64,000 bases of DNA, from contig NC_091998.1 in assembly GCF_044704955.1 (NCBI RefSeq), positions 61,628,001 through 61,692,000 on the forward strand, read 5' to 3'. Position numbers and translations under genes: made by a program. Of the stretch, positions 34,001 through 44,600 are shown piece after piece; the first letter of the stretch is position 1; each line of letters opens with the position of its first letter. This stretch comes from Pristiophorus japonicus. Its lineage: Eukaryota. The notes beneath the pieces are model-generated. The model was not told where the DNA came from. It worked only from the letters and a program-made list of their open reading frames with translations, and made no database searches.

Positions 34001-35581
34001 ATTATGTAACAAGTGGCTGATCTTCAAATCATTTACTCCCTTATTACAATGTTAATTAAGATTGAATGACACGAAGAGTAACTTAAAAGTTCCAGTTCTG
34101 ACAGGTGGTCATCGACCCGAAAGGATCACTCGGTTTCTGCACCTCACCTGCAGAGGGTTCCCAGCAGTTTCTGGATTTATGTTGAATGTATCTTACCTTG
34201 TATCTTATTGCGACATGGCTTTTTCACCTCCGCTGTGCTCTCAGTGTATCGCACCGCTGTGGGAAAGGATTGAGAGAGTGAATTTCCAGCATGTTTAACA
34301 TTGAAGTAGGACCATACAGACAGGGAACGGGTGTGCAGCTTAAGCTGTGGCTTGTGTCTCCTGGACAGCACCCCGACCAGTCACTGGGTTAGATTCTGAA
34401 ATCCGGAAACCTCCCAATGAGAACGCAGATTTAGAATCTATCGTCTCTCGCACGCTCCCCGCCGCGGTGCGCGACTTCCCCTTATTCCCAGCTCCGCCGC
34501 TGCCTTCCACTCTGCACATCGCTCCCACTCCCCCCCCTAGGACCACTGCTCTCCTCCACCGTCACTCTCACAGACCCTCAACCTTCACCCAGTCTCCTTC
34601 CCCAGCCCCCCACCCTTCACCGGACCCCACCGCAGACCCCTGCTCTCGCCTGGGCCCCCACCCTGGACCCCTGGCTGATTTCCCCTCTCTCTAACCCAGG
34701 GGATTACTGGTCAGTGACCAGGAGCAGGAACCCTGGCTGATTTCCCCTCGCCTTCTAACCCAGTGGTCACTGGACAGTGATCAGGAGCAGGATTGTGGCC
34801 GATTTCCTCCTCTCTCTGACCCAGGGGTCACTGAACAGAGATCAGGAGCTCTGGCTGATTTCCCCGCTCTCTCTAACCCATGGGATTACTGGTCAGTGAT
34901 CAGAAGCAGGAACCCTGGCTGATTTCCCCTCTCTCTCTAACCCGGGGGTCACTTGGCAATGATCAGGAGCAGGAACCCTGGCTGATTTCCCCTCTCTCTA
35001 ACCCAGGGAGTCACTGGTCAGTGATCAGGAGCAGGAATCCTGGCTGATTTCCCCGCTCTCTCTAACCCGGGGTTCACTGGTCAGTGACCAGGAGCAGGAA
35101 CCCTGGCTGATTTCCCCGCTCTCTCTAACCCAGAGGGTCACTGGTCAGTGATCGGGAGCAGAACGCGGGCTGATTTCCCCTCTCTCTAACCCAGGGGATT
35201 ACTGGTCAGTGATCAGGAGCAGGAACCCTGGCTGATTTCCCCTCTCTCTAACCCAGGGGGTCACTGGTCAGTGATCAGGAGCAGGAACATGAGCAAACTT
35301 TTCTCTCCCTCAGTCAGGGGCAGCGATGTGAGCAGTGTGATGCACACCAAGGGGGGGATTCCATTAGTTTGCTTCTCGCGGTTAGAAAAGACAATAATTT
35401 TACGTAGCTTCGAAACAAGACTTGTACCTTGGAAGAAAGTCTCCTCGGAGCGGGTTGTTGTGAGCAGTCCCTCAGTCAACAGGAAGCCACATTCAGTGCA
35501 CACCACGTGGCACTGGCTGTAGTGCGAGTCCTCTTCCACCGCACTGGAGCCACACTCGGGGCACTTGGTCTGTCTGGGCAT
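26380..35581 (-). CDS. BRF2: Transcription factor IIIB 50 kDa subunit BRF2; coding exons 35428-35581, 34197-34256, 29278-29599, 26380-27341 (apparent frameshift near 26770-26795)
   Basis: N-terminal Zn ribbon CPECGS...VCTECG; cyclin-fold repeats [12 protein letters not shown]...[13 protein letters not shown]; [29 protein letters not shown]; C-terminal LPPC pin and [22 protein letters not shown]. Exon sizes 154/60/322 match my recollection of vertebrate BRF2. Confidence 0.95.
27432..28840 (+). mobile_element. L2 3' end with a 56-bp tandem expansion (~7 units), an internal CT microsatellite (27940-28323) and the assembly gap
   Basis: CCTACATTGGCTCCC (LHWLP); L2 sequence resumes right after the Ns. 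Confidence 0.85.
28324..28542. other. Assembly gap (N run)
   Basis: Run of N. Confidence 1.
29278..29599 (-). CDS. BRF2: BRF2 322-nt exon (first cyclin repeat)
   Basis: ctcccccag| acceptor, GG|gtcagt donor. Confidence 0.93.
29617..30010 (-). mobile_element. CR1 3' fragment abutting the BRF2 exon-3 acceptor
   Basis: [16 protein letters not shown]...; (TTCTTATG) tail ends ~17 nt from the AG. Confidence 0.9.
30150..31185 (+). repeat. SacSINE1-like SINE with an internal 30-bp minisatellite expansion (~22 units, 30178-30850)
   Basis: (CAGTACTGAGGGAGCGCCGCACTGTCGGAGGGG)-type units, then intact SINE 3' half. Confidence 0.88.
31775..33995 (+). mobile_element. CR1 fragments, including a 5'-truncated young copy (32815-33940) nested in an older CR1 3'UTR
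   Basis: ORF 32790..33851 is RT, nearly identical to the 2501-6780 element. Confidence 0.9.
32036..32370 (-). mobile_element. RTE-clade LINE 3' end
   Basis: [20 protein letters not shown]-terminal peptide and (ATG)n tail. Confidence 0.8.
34197..34256 (-). CDS. BRF2: BRF2 60-nt exon ([21 protein letters not shown])
   Basis: ttcccacag| acceptor, CAAG|gtaaga donor; phase 1-1. Confidence 0.88.
34670..35290 (+). repeat. ~62-bp tandem repeat (~10 units)
   Basis: CTGGCTGATTTCCCCTCTCTCTAACCCAGGGGATTACTGGTCAGTGATCAGGAGCAGGAACC. Confidence 0.92.
35428..35581 (-). CDS. BRF2: BRF2 first coding exon (Zn ribbon); exon begins at an acceptor near 35615
   Basis: ATG at 35581-35579; CAAG|gtacaa donor; upstream ttgtttctgttgcag acceptor implies a separate 5'UTR exon. 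Confidence 0.92.
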
Positions 35582-35724
35582 CTTGCACGCAGGAGACCAG
35601 AGATTCCGTCCCTCTCTGCAACAGAAACAAACGCAGTGATTGAAAAATTATTGCATCCATAAAATTACAGTTCACGGAGCTACAGGATCACTGAATCTCC
35701 CTCACCCTGTCACACCAGAGACCC

Positions 35725-37930
35725 ATGTAAATACCGACACACTCCCGGGGACCCCCTGTAAATACCGACACACTCCCAGGGACCCCCTGTAAATACCGAC
35801 ACACTCCCGGGGACCCCCTGTAAATACTGACACACTCCCGGGGACCCCCTGTAAATACTGAGACACTCCCGGGGACCCCCTGTAAATACTGACACACTTC
35901 CGGGGACCCCCTGTAAATACTGACACACTCCCGGGGACCCCCTGTAAATACTGACACACTCCCGGGGACCCTCTGTAAATACCGACACACTCCCGGGGAC
36001 CCGCTGTAAATACCGACACACTCCCAGGGATTCCCTGTAAATACTGACACACTCCCAGGGACCCCCTGTAAATACTGACACACTCCCGGGGACCCCCTGT
36101 AAATACTGACACACTCCCGGGGACCCCCTGTAAATACTGACACACTCCCGGGGACCCCCTGTAAATACTGACACACTCCTGGGGACCGCCTGTAAATACT
36201 GACACACTCCTGGGGACCGCCTGTAAATACTGACACACATCCGGGGACCCCCTGTAAATACTGACACACTCCAGGGGACCCCCTGTAAATACTGACACAC
36301 TCCTGGGGACCGCCTGTAAATACTGACACACTCCTGGGGACCGCCTGTAAATACCGACACACTCCCGGGGACCCCCTGTAAATACCGACACACTCCCGGG
36401 GACCCCCTGTAAATACCGACACACTCCCGGGGACCCCCTGTAAATACCGACACACTCCCGGGGACCCCCTGTAAATACCGACACACTCCCGGGGACCCCC
36501 TGTAAATACTGACACACTCCCGGGGACCCTCTGTAAATACTGACACACTCCCGGGGACCGCCTGTAAATACTGACATACTCCCGGGGACCCCCTGTAAAT
36601 ACTGACACACTCCCCGGGGACCCCCTGTAAATACTGACACACTCCCGGGGACCCCCTGTAAATACTGACACACTCCCGGGGAGCCACTGTAAATACTGAC
36701 ACACTCCCGGGGACCCCCTGTAAATACTGACACACTCCCGGGGACCCCCTGTAAATACTGACACACTCCCGGGGAGCCACTGTAAATACTGACACACTCC
36801 CGGGGACCCCCTGTAAATACTGAGACACTCCCGGGGACCCGCTGTAAATACTGACACACTCCCAGGGACCCCCTGTAAATACTGACACACTCCCGGGGAC
36901 CCGCTGTAAATACTGACACACTCCCGGGGAGCCGCTGTAAATACTGACACACTCCCGGGGACCCCCTGTAAATACTGACACACTCCCGGGGACCCCCTGT
37001 AAATACTGACACACTCCCGGGGACCCCCTGTAAATACTGACACACTCCCGGGGACCCCCTGTAAATACTGACACACTCCCGGGGACCCGCTGTAAATACT
37101 GACACACTCCCGGGGACCCGCTGTAAATACTGACACACTCCCGGGGAGCCACTGTAAATACTGATACACTCCCGGGGACCCGCTGTAAATACTGACACAC
37201 GCCCAGGGACCCCCTGTAAATACTGACACACTCCCGGGGAGCCACTGTAAATACTGACACACTCCCGGGGACCCCCTGTAAATACTGACACACTCCCGGG
37301 GACCCGCTGTAAATACTGACACACTCCCGGGGACCCCCTGTAAATACTGACACACTCCCGGGGAGCCACTGTAAATACTGACACACTCCCGGGGACCCCC
37401 TGTAAATACTGACACACTCCCGGGGACCCCCTGTAAATACTGACACACTCCCGGGGAGCCACTGTAAATACTGACACACTCCCGGGGACCCCCTGTAAAT
37501 ACTGACACACTCCCGGGGACCCCCTGTAAATACTGACACACTCCCGGGGACCCCCTGTAAATACTGACACACTCCCGGGGACCCCCTGTAAATACTGACA
37601 CACTCCCGGGGACCCCCTGTAAATACTGACACACTCCCGGGGACCCGCTGTAAATACTGACACACTCCCGGGGACCCCCTGTAAATACTGACACACTCCC
37701 GGGGACCCGCTGTAAATACTGACACACTCCCGGGGACCCCCTGTAAATACTGACACACTCCCGGGGACCCGCTGTAAATACTGACACACTCCCGGGGACC
37801 CCCTGTAAATACTGACACACTCCCGGGGACCCCCTGTAAATACTGACACACTCCCGGGGAGCCACTGTAAATACTGACACACTCCCGGGGACCCCCTGTA
37901 AATACTGACACACTCCCCGGGGATTCCCTG
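35725..37930 (+). repeat. 31-bp minisatellite (~70 units) in the BRF2 5'UTR intron
   Basis: TGTAAATACTGACACACTCCCGGGGACCCCC. Confidence 0.97.
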
Positions 37931-38026
37931 AATTGAAACACTTGCATTTGCTGGGCGACTCGCGGCCGGGAGGAGTGTCTGTGGCCCTGGTGGGGGCGGG
38001 GGGAGAAGCGCCAATGTGTGACTGAC

Positions 38027-38085
38027 CTTTCACCCCTGACCCCGGGACACGGCGCGTTTGCCGACCGTCAGTTTCTGCCGGAAAT
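38027..38085 (-). other. BRF2: Putative non-coding first exon of BRF2
   Basis: Minus-strand AAAG|gtcagt donor at 38027/38026 in CpG-rich DNA next to an ETS-like CCGGAAAT; pairs with the acceptor at 35615. TSS position is a guess. Confidence 0.55.
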
Positions 38086-38458
38086 AAAAATCACAATTTG
38101 CAGCAAATAATCAATAATCCCGCGATCCTTCGCAGAAAAAGGCGCATGCAAACCTATATGAATATATAACACTGTGCGGCTTGACAGAACCAGGAAGGTT
38201 ACACTGGGCAGGAGTAAGAACAGAATTAAGCGGCAATGCGCCCCTCACAAAGATGGCGTCGGATCATTTGCCCCTCACAAAGATGGCGCCGGACCATTGT
38301 CCCGTCGCAAAGATGGCGCCGGCTCATTTGCCCATCACAAAGATGGCGCCGGCTCATTTGCCCCTCACCAAAATGGCGCAGGACAATTGGCCCATCACAA
38401 AGATGGCGCTGACGGTTTTCTTCATCCCACGCCCCGGTGCGGCTGCTGCGCTTGCGCG

Positions 38459-38613
38459 ATGGCCCTAGCGCGGCGCGGGGGCCTGGGCCTGGGCCTGGGC
38501 CTACTGCAGGCGGCCGGGAGCGGGAGGCGGTTCTGGGACCCGAGTGAGGGGAGAGCGGGCGGCGGGGTCCTGAGCGCAGCCATGAGCAAGAACAAGAGCA
38601 AAATCCCGGACAG
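38459..38613 (+). CDS. DUSP11: DUSP11 exon 1 (two in-frame ATGs at 38459 and 38582)
   Basis: ...MSKNKSKIPDR; AG|gtaaag donor. Confidence 0.85.
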
Positions 38614-41600
38614 GTAAAGCCCTCGGCCCCATTCGGTGGGCGGCGGGAGAGAGGCCGAGCCCCGGGGCCGCGCTTCAACCCCCCCCCCCATGTCTCTCTT
38701 CCCCCCCCCCCCCATGTCTCTCTTCCCCCCCCCCCATGTCTCTCTTCCCCCCTCCCCCCCCATGTCTCTTCCCCCCCCCCCATGTCTCTTCCCCCCCCCC
38801 CATGTCTCTCTCCCCCCCCCCCATGTCTCTCTCCCCCCCCCACGTCTCTTTCCCCCCCCCACGTCTCTTTCCCCCCCCCACGTCTCTTTCCCCCCCCCAC
38901 GTCTCTTTCCCCCCCCCCACGTCTCTTTCCCCCCCCCACGTCTCTTTCCCCCCCCCACGTCTCTTTCCCCCCCCCACGTCTCTTTCCCCCCCCCACGTCT
39001 CTTTTCCCCCCCCATCACGTCTCTTTCCCCCCCCCATGTCTCTTTCCCCCCCCCCATGTCTCTTTCCCCCCCCACGTCTCTTTCCCCCCCCCATGTCTCT
39101 TTCCCCCCCCATGTCTCTTTCCCCCCCCCATGTCTCTTTCCCCCCCCCATGTCTCTTTTCCCCCCCCATGTCTCTTTTCCCCCCCCATGTCTCTTTCCCC
39201 CCCCCCCATGTCTCTTTCCCCCCCCCCCATGTCTCTTTCCCCCCCCCCCCCATGTCTCTTTCCCCCCCCCCATGTCTCTTTCCCCCCCCCATGTCTCTTT
39301 CCCCCCCCCATGTCTCTTTCCCCCCCCCCATGTCTCTTTCCCCCCCCCCATGTCTCTTTCCCCCCCCCATGTCTCTTTCCCCCCCCATGTCTCTTTCCCC
39401 CCCCATGTCTCTTTCCCCCCCCATGTCTCTTTCCCCCCCCCCATGTCTCTTTCCCCCCCCCCATGTCTCTTTCCCCCCCCCATGTCTCTTTCCCCCCCCA
39501 TGTCTCTTTCCCCCCCCATGTCTCTTTCCCCCCCCATGTCTCTTTCCCCCCCATGTCTCTTTCCCCCCCCATGTCTCTTTCCCCCCCCCATGTCTCTTTC
39601 CCCCCCCCATGTCTCTTTCCCCCCCCCATGTCTCTTTCCCCCCCCATGTCTCTTTCCCCCCCCCACGTCTCTTTCCCCCCCCCCACGTCTCTTTCCCCCC
39701 CCCCACGTCTCTTTCCCCCCCCCACGTCTCTTTCCCCCCCCCCACGTCTCTTTCCCCCCCCCACGTCTCTTTCCCCCCCCATGTCTCTTTCCCCCCCCCA
39801 CGTCTCTTTCCCCCCCCCCACGTCTCTTTCCCCCCCCCCACGTCTCTTTCCCCCCCCCACGTCTCTTTCCCCCCCCCACGTCTCTTTCCCCCCCCCACGT
39901 CTCTTTCCCCCCCCCACGTCTCTTTCCCCCCCCCATGTCTCTTCCCCCCCCCATGTCTCTTTCCCCCCCCCACGTCTCTTTCCCCCCCCCACGTCTCTTT
40001 CCCCCCCCCACGTCTCTTTCCCCCCCCCACGTCTCTTTCCCCCCCCCACGTCTCTTTCCCCCCCCCACGTCTCTTTCCCCCCCCCATGTCTCCCCCCCAT
40101 GTCTCTTTCCCCCCCCCACGTCTCTTTCCCCCCCCCACGTCTGTTTCCCCCCCCCACGTCTGTTTCCCCCCCCCACGTCTGTTTCCCCCCCCCACGTCTG
40201 TTTCCCCCCCCCACGTCTGTTTCCCCCCCCCACGTCTGTTTCCCCCCCCCACGTCTGTTTCCCCCCCCCCCACGTCTGTTTCCCCCCCCCCACGTCTGTT
40301 TCCCCCCCCCCACGTCTCTTTCCCCCCCCCCCACGTCTCTTTCCCCCCCCCCACGTCTCTTTCCCCCCCCCCCACGTCTCTTTCCCCCCCCCCACGTCTC
40401 TTTCCCCCCTCTTCTTCCCCCCCCTCTTCTTCCCCCCCTCTTCTTCCCCCCCCTCTTCTTCCCCCCCTCTTCTTCCCCCCCTCTTCTTCCCCCCCTCTTC
40501 TTCCCCCCCTCTTCTTCCCCCCCTCTTCTTCCCCCCCTCTTCTTCCCCCCCTCTTCTTCCCCCCCTCTTCTTCCCCCCCTCTTCTTCCCCCCCTCTTCTT
40601 CCCCCCCTCTTCTTCCCCCCCCTCTTCTTCCCCCCCCTCTTCTTCCCCCCCTCTTCTTCCCCCCCTCTTCTTCCCCCCCTCTTCTTCCCCCCCTCTTCTT
40701 CCCCCCCTCTTCTTCCCCCCCTCTTCTTCCCCCCCCCTCTTCTTCCCCCCCCCTCTTCTTCCCCCCCCTCTTCTTCCCCCCCCCTCTTCTCTTCCCCCCC
40801 CCTCTTTCCCCCCCCCCCCCCATGTCTCTTCCTCTTCCCCCCCTGGCTAATTTGGGCTGTGTCTGATGCCTTTTCTTTTATCCCCTGACTACAGGTGGCA
40901 GGAATACTCTGCCGTTGGACGGAGGCTCTCGGGGACCAGATTCATCGCGTTTAAAGTTCCACTGAAGAAGGTCAGCAGCTTTCCCCCCCCCACCCCCCAA
41001 CCAAACATTACCCAGCAGGACGATGACAACCCAGTCAGCGGGGCACAAACGGGCCGGACCTGCACATGAACACCACCACCTGGGCCCCCCACCACCTGGG
41101 CCCCCCACCTGTGAGACGTGTGATGGTGGGTCTGGGCGGTGTCAGCGGGTTTGGTGGTTCTGATTCTGGACCGCACTATAAAGCTGATGTGTTGGACCTG
41201 CCTCAGCTCGTCCATCCTGAGAGTGGCGTCTGGTGTCCCAGCTTGTCCAACAGTTCCCTCGTGGGAACACACCTCAATTTCGTGTCTCTGACTCATCCAA
41301 AAATACTTAACACATTGAATCACCTTTGCGGAGCAGTGACTGTTCTGTGGGCAACTGCAGTCGGAACACTGGGAGGCTCCAGGTAGATTGGACCTCCTTG
41401 TGTGAAGTACATTTATAAAGAGCAGATTGTTGAGCAAGTTCTCAATCTGCTTTTCACTTTTTAATCTGCCCCCTTTGTCTCACTCCTGATGCCAGTTCAA
41501 GTGACATACCCGAACTCCCTGCTTCACACCGAGTGCAGTCGTGTTAAATCTCCATGTCTCCTCTCACGGCTGAATCAGTTGCGTTGCTTCGAACTTGGTC

Positions 41601-44600
41601 CTCTAAATGTGGGTACTCCAGTTTGTCATACTGTCCCTGGGTCTGTGCTGGTTCAGTTCTGGCCTGACCCAGTTTGTCGGTCTGGGTCTGTGCTGGTTCA
41701 GCTCTGGCCTGGCCCAGTTTGTCATACTGTCTCTGGGTCTGTGCTGGTTCAGTTCTGGCCTGGCCCAGTTTGTCGTACTGTCCCTGGGTCTGTGCTGGTT
41801 CAGTTCTGGCCTGGCCCAGTTTGTCGGTCTGGGTCTGTGCTGGTTCAGTTCTGGCCTGGCCCAGTTTGTCATACTGTCTCTGGGTCTGTGCTGGTTCAGT
41901 TCTGGCCTGGCCCAGTTTGTCGGTCTGGGTCTGTGCTGGTTCAGTTCTGGCCTGGCCCAGTTTGTCATACTGTCCCTGGGTCTGTGCTGGTTCAGTTCTG
42001 GCCTGGCCCAGTTTGTCGGTCTGGGTCTGTGCTGGTTCAGTTCTGGCCTGGCCCAGTTTGTTATACTGTCTCTGGGTCTGTGCTGGTTCAGTTCTGGCCT
42101 GGCCCAGTTTGTCATACTGTCCCTGGGTCTGTGCTGGTTCAGTTCTGGCCTGGCCCAGTTTGTCGGTCTGGGTCTGTGCTGGTTCAGTTCTGGCCTGGCC
42201 CAGTTTGTCATACTGTCTCTGGGTCTGTGCTGGTTCAGTTCTGGCCTGGCCCAGTTTGTCGTACTGTCCCTGGGTCTGTGCTGGTTCAGTTCTGGCCTGG
42301 CCCAGTTTGTCATACTGTCTCTGGGTCTGTGCTGGTTCAGTTCTGGCCTGGCCCAGTTTGTCATACTGTCTCTGGGTCTGTGCTGGTTCAGTTCTGGCCT
42401 GGCCCAGTTTGTCATACTGTCCCTGGGTCTGTGCTGGTTCAGTTCTGGCCTGGCCCAGTTTGTCGGTCTGGGTCTGTGCTGGTTCAGTTCTGGCCTGGCC
42501 CAGTTTGTCATACTGTCTCTGGGTCTGTGCTGGTTCAGTTCTGGCCTGGCCCAGTTTGTCGGTCTGGGTCTGTGCTGGTTCAGTTCTGGCCTGGCCCAGT
42601 TTGTCATACTGTCTCTGGGTCTGTGCTGGTTCAGTTCTGGCCTGGCCCAGTTTGTTGTACTGTCCCTGGGTCTGTGCTGGTTCAGTTCTGGCCTGGCCCA
42701 GTTTGTCATACTGTCTCTGGGTCTGTGCTGGTTCAGTTCTGGCCTGGCCCAGTTTGTCATACTGTCTCTGGGTCTGTGCTGGTTCAGTTCTGGCCTGGCC
42801 CAGTTTGTCATACTGTCCCTGGGTCTGTGCTGGTTCAGTTCTGGCCTGGCCCAGTTTGTCGGTCTGGGTCTGTGCTGGTTCAGTTCTGGCCTGGCCCAGT
42901 TTGTCATACTGTCTCTGGGTCTGTGCTGGTTCAGTTCTGGCCTGGCCCAGTTTGTCGGTCTGGGTCTGTGCTGGTTCAGTTCTGGCCTGGCCCAGTTTGT
43001 CATACTGTCTCTGGGTCTGTGCTGGTTCAGTTCTGGCCTGGCCCAGTTTGTCGTACTGTCCCTGGGTCTGTGCTGGTTCAGTTCTGGCCTGGCCCAGTTT
43101 GTCATACTGTCTCTGGGTCTGTGCTGGTTCAGTTCTGGCCTGGCCCAGTTTGCCATACTGTCTCTGGGTCTGTGCTGGTTCCGTGCTGGGCTTGACATAC
43201 CGTTGCTTCTTTCAGCTGTTCGAAAGCAGCCTGCCGGCCACTGAAGTCTTCTCGCCAACTGACCTTGTGCGGCAAATCGAGGATCAGAGAGAGGAGTTGG
43301 GGAAAATCATCGACCTGACCTTTACAGAGCGTTATTATGACTCTATGGTAAGAACAGGAGGGCCTCGGCTTTAACCCTTTGCTGAGCAGGGCTGTGGGGG
43401 AGGTTGGACGAGACTGTCCCAGTTGTGTGAGCAGGATTTCGGTCCCCTGTTTACGCTGGTACCGATGGTTCGCCAGAGAGTGTTGCTACTGAGGAGCGTT
43501 GCTGCTGACCAATATCTCAGTCTCACAGCTCATTAGGTTAGTCTTTGACCTCGGTTTAGTCCCGCTCGTGTAAGGATAACGGTTCTTGTTTTTAATCTCG
43601 TTTTTGATTCTTAAATTGGGTGTGTTTTGATTTTGGAACAAAGTTGGTCACGATCATTGATTTTTTTTCCCATTTTATTTTCTCTTAAAAAGATTCTTCT
43701 GTCCCCAAAATTAATTATTTAAATCTTGTCTCCCGAATTAATAAATGGTGGCCTGAGAGAGACGGGAAATGTAACGTTTTGTTTCTGAGAAGTTGTGGGT
43801 TGTCTCACTCCAAGAGATCATTGGTTATTGCTTCCATCAGAAATGTGATCTTTGTTTTCACCAGCAAAATTCGAGCTCCTGGCGAGGAGCAGGTGGGGGG
43901 GAGGGAGTCAGCACTGTGGGGGAGAAAAGAAAGACTTGCATTTATATAGCGCCTTTCACGACCACCAGATGCCTCAAACCACTTTGCAGCCAATAAAGTA
44001 CTTTGTGAAGTGTCGCTGTCATAGGCAGTCCCTCGAAATCGAGGAAGACTCGCTTCCATTCTAAACGTGAGTGTAGTCACTGTTGTAATGTAGGGAACGC
44101 GGCAGCCAATTTGCGCCCAACAAGCTCCCACAAACAGCAATGTGATAACGACAAGATCATCTGGGGTTTTTTTTTAAAGTGAAGTTGATTGAGGCTAGGA
44201 CACCGGGGAGAACTTCCCTGCTCTTCTTCGAAATAGTGCCATGGGATCTTTTACGTCCACCTGAGAGAGCAGACAGGGCCTCGGTTTAACGTCTCATCCG
44301 AAAGACGTGTACAGTGTCCCCTCAGTACTACACTGGGAGTGTCGGCCTAGGTTTTTTTTTTGTGCTCAAATCCCTGCAGTGGGACTCGAAACCACCACCC
44401 TTTGACTCAGAGTGCTACCCACTGAGCCACTGTTTGACCAAGATGTCTGAAGTGTAACGATCGCTGTGCAAAGTTTGAGATGCATAAAAGCACTCGGCGG
44501 TACACTTTCGAATTTGGGCTGTGTGGAGGGAGTTCTGCGGTCTGGCTAACACTGGGGTGAGGTACAGGCGCGGATGGACGGGGCTGTCACTGGCGGTGGA

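Larger units (their letters stand above)
37930..38680. promoter_or_regulatory. CpG-rich bidirectional promoter region shared by BRF2 (-) and DUSP11 (+)
   Basis: High CpG; CCGGAAAT (ETS) ~38078; GCGCATGC (NRF1-like) ~38142; TATATAA ~38163; six AA(G/A)ATGGCG YY1-like motifs at 30-bp spacing (38250-38410). Confidence 0.75.

Noticed and set aside
35688-38033. 745-781 aa ORFs in three minus-strand frames
   Set aside because: Product of a stop-free 31-bp tandem repeat in the BRF2 5'UTR intron; the same peptide cycles through all frames
38422-40888. Long Pro-rich and Gly-rich ORFs
   Set aside because: Translations of a poly-C array inside DUSP11 intron 1
41489-43258. 545-568 aa repetitive ORFs on both strands
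   Set aside because: Minisatellite translations with no domain or independent gene structure
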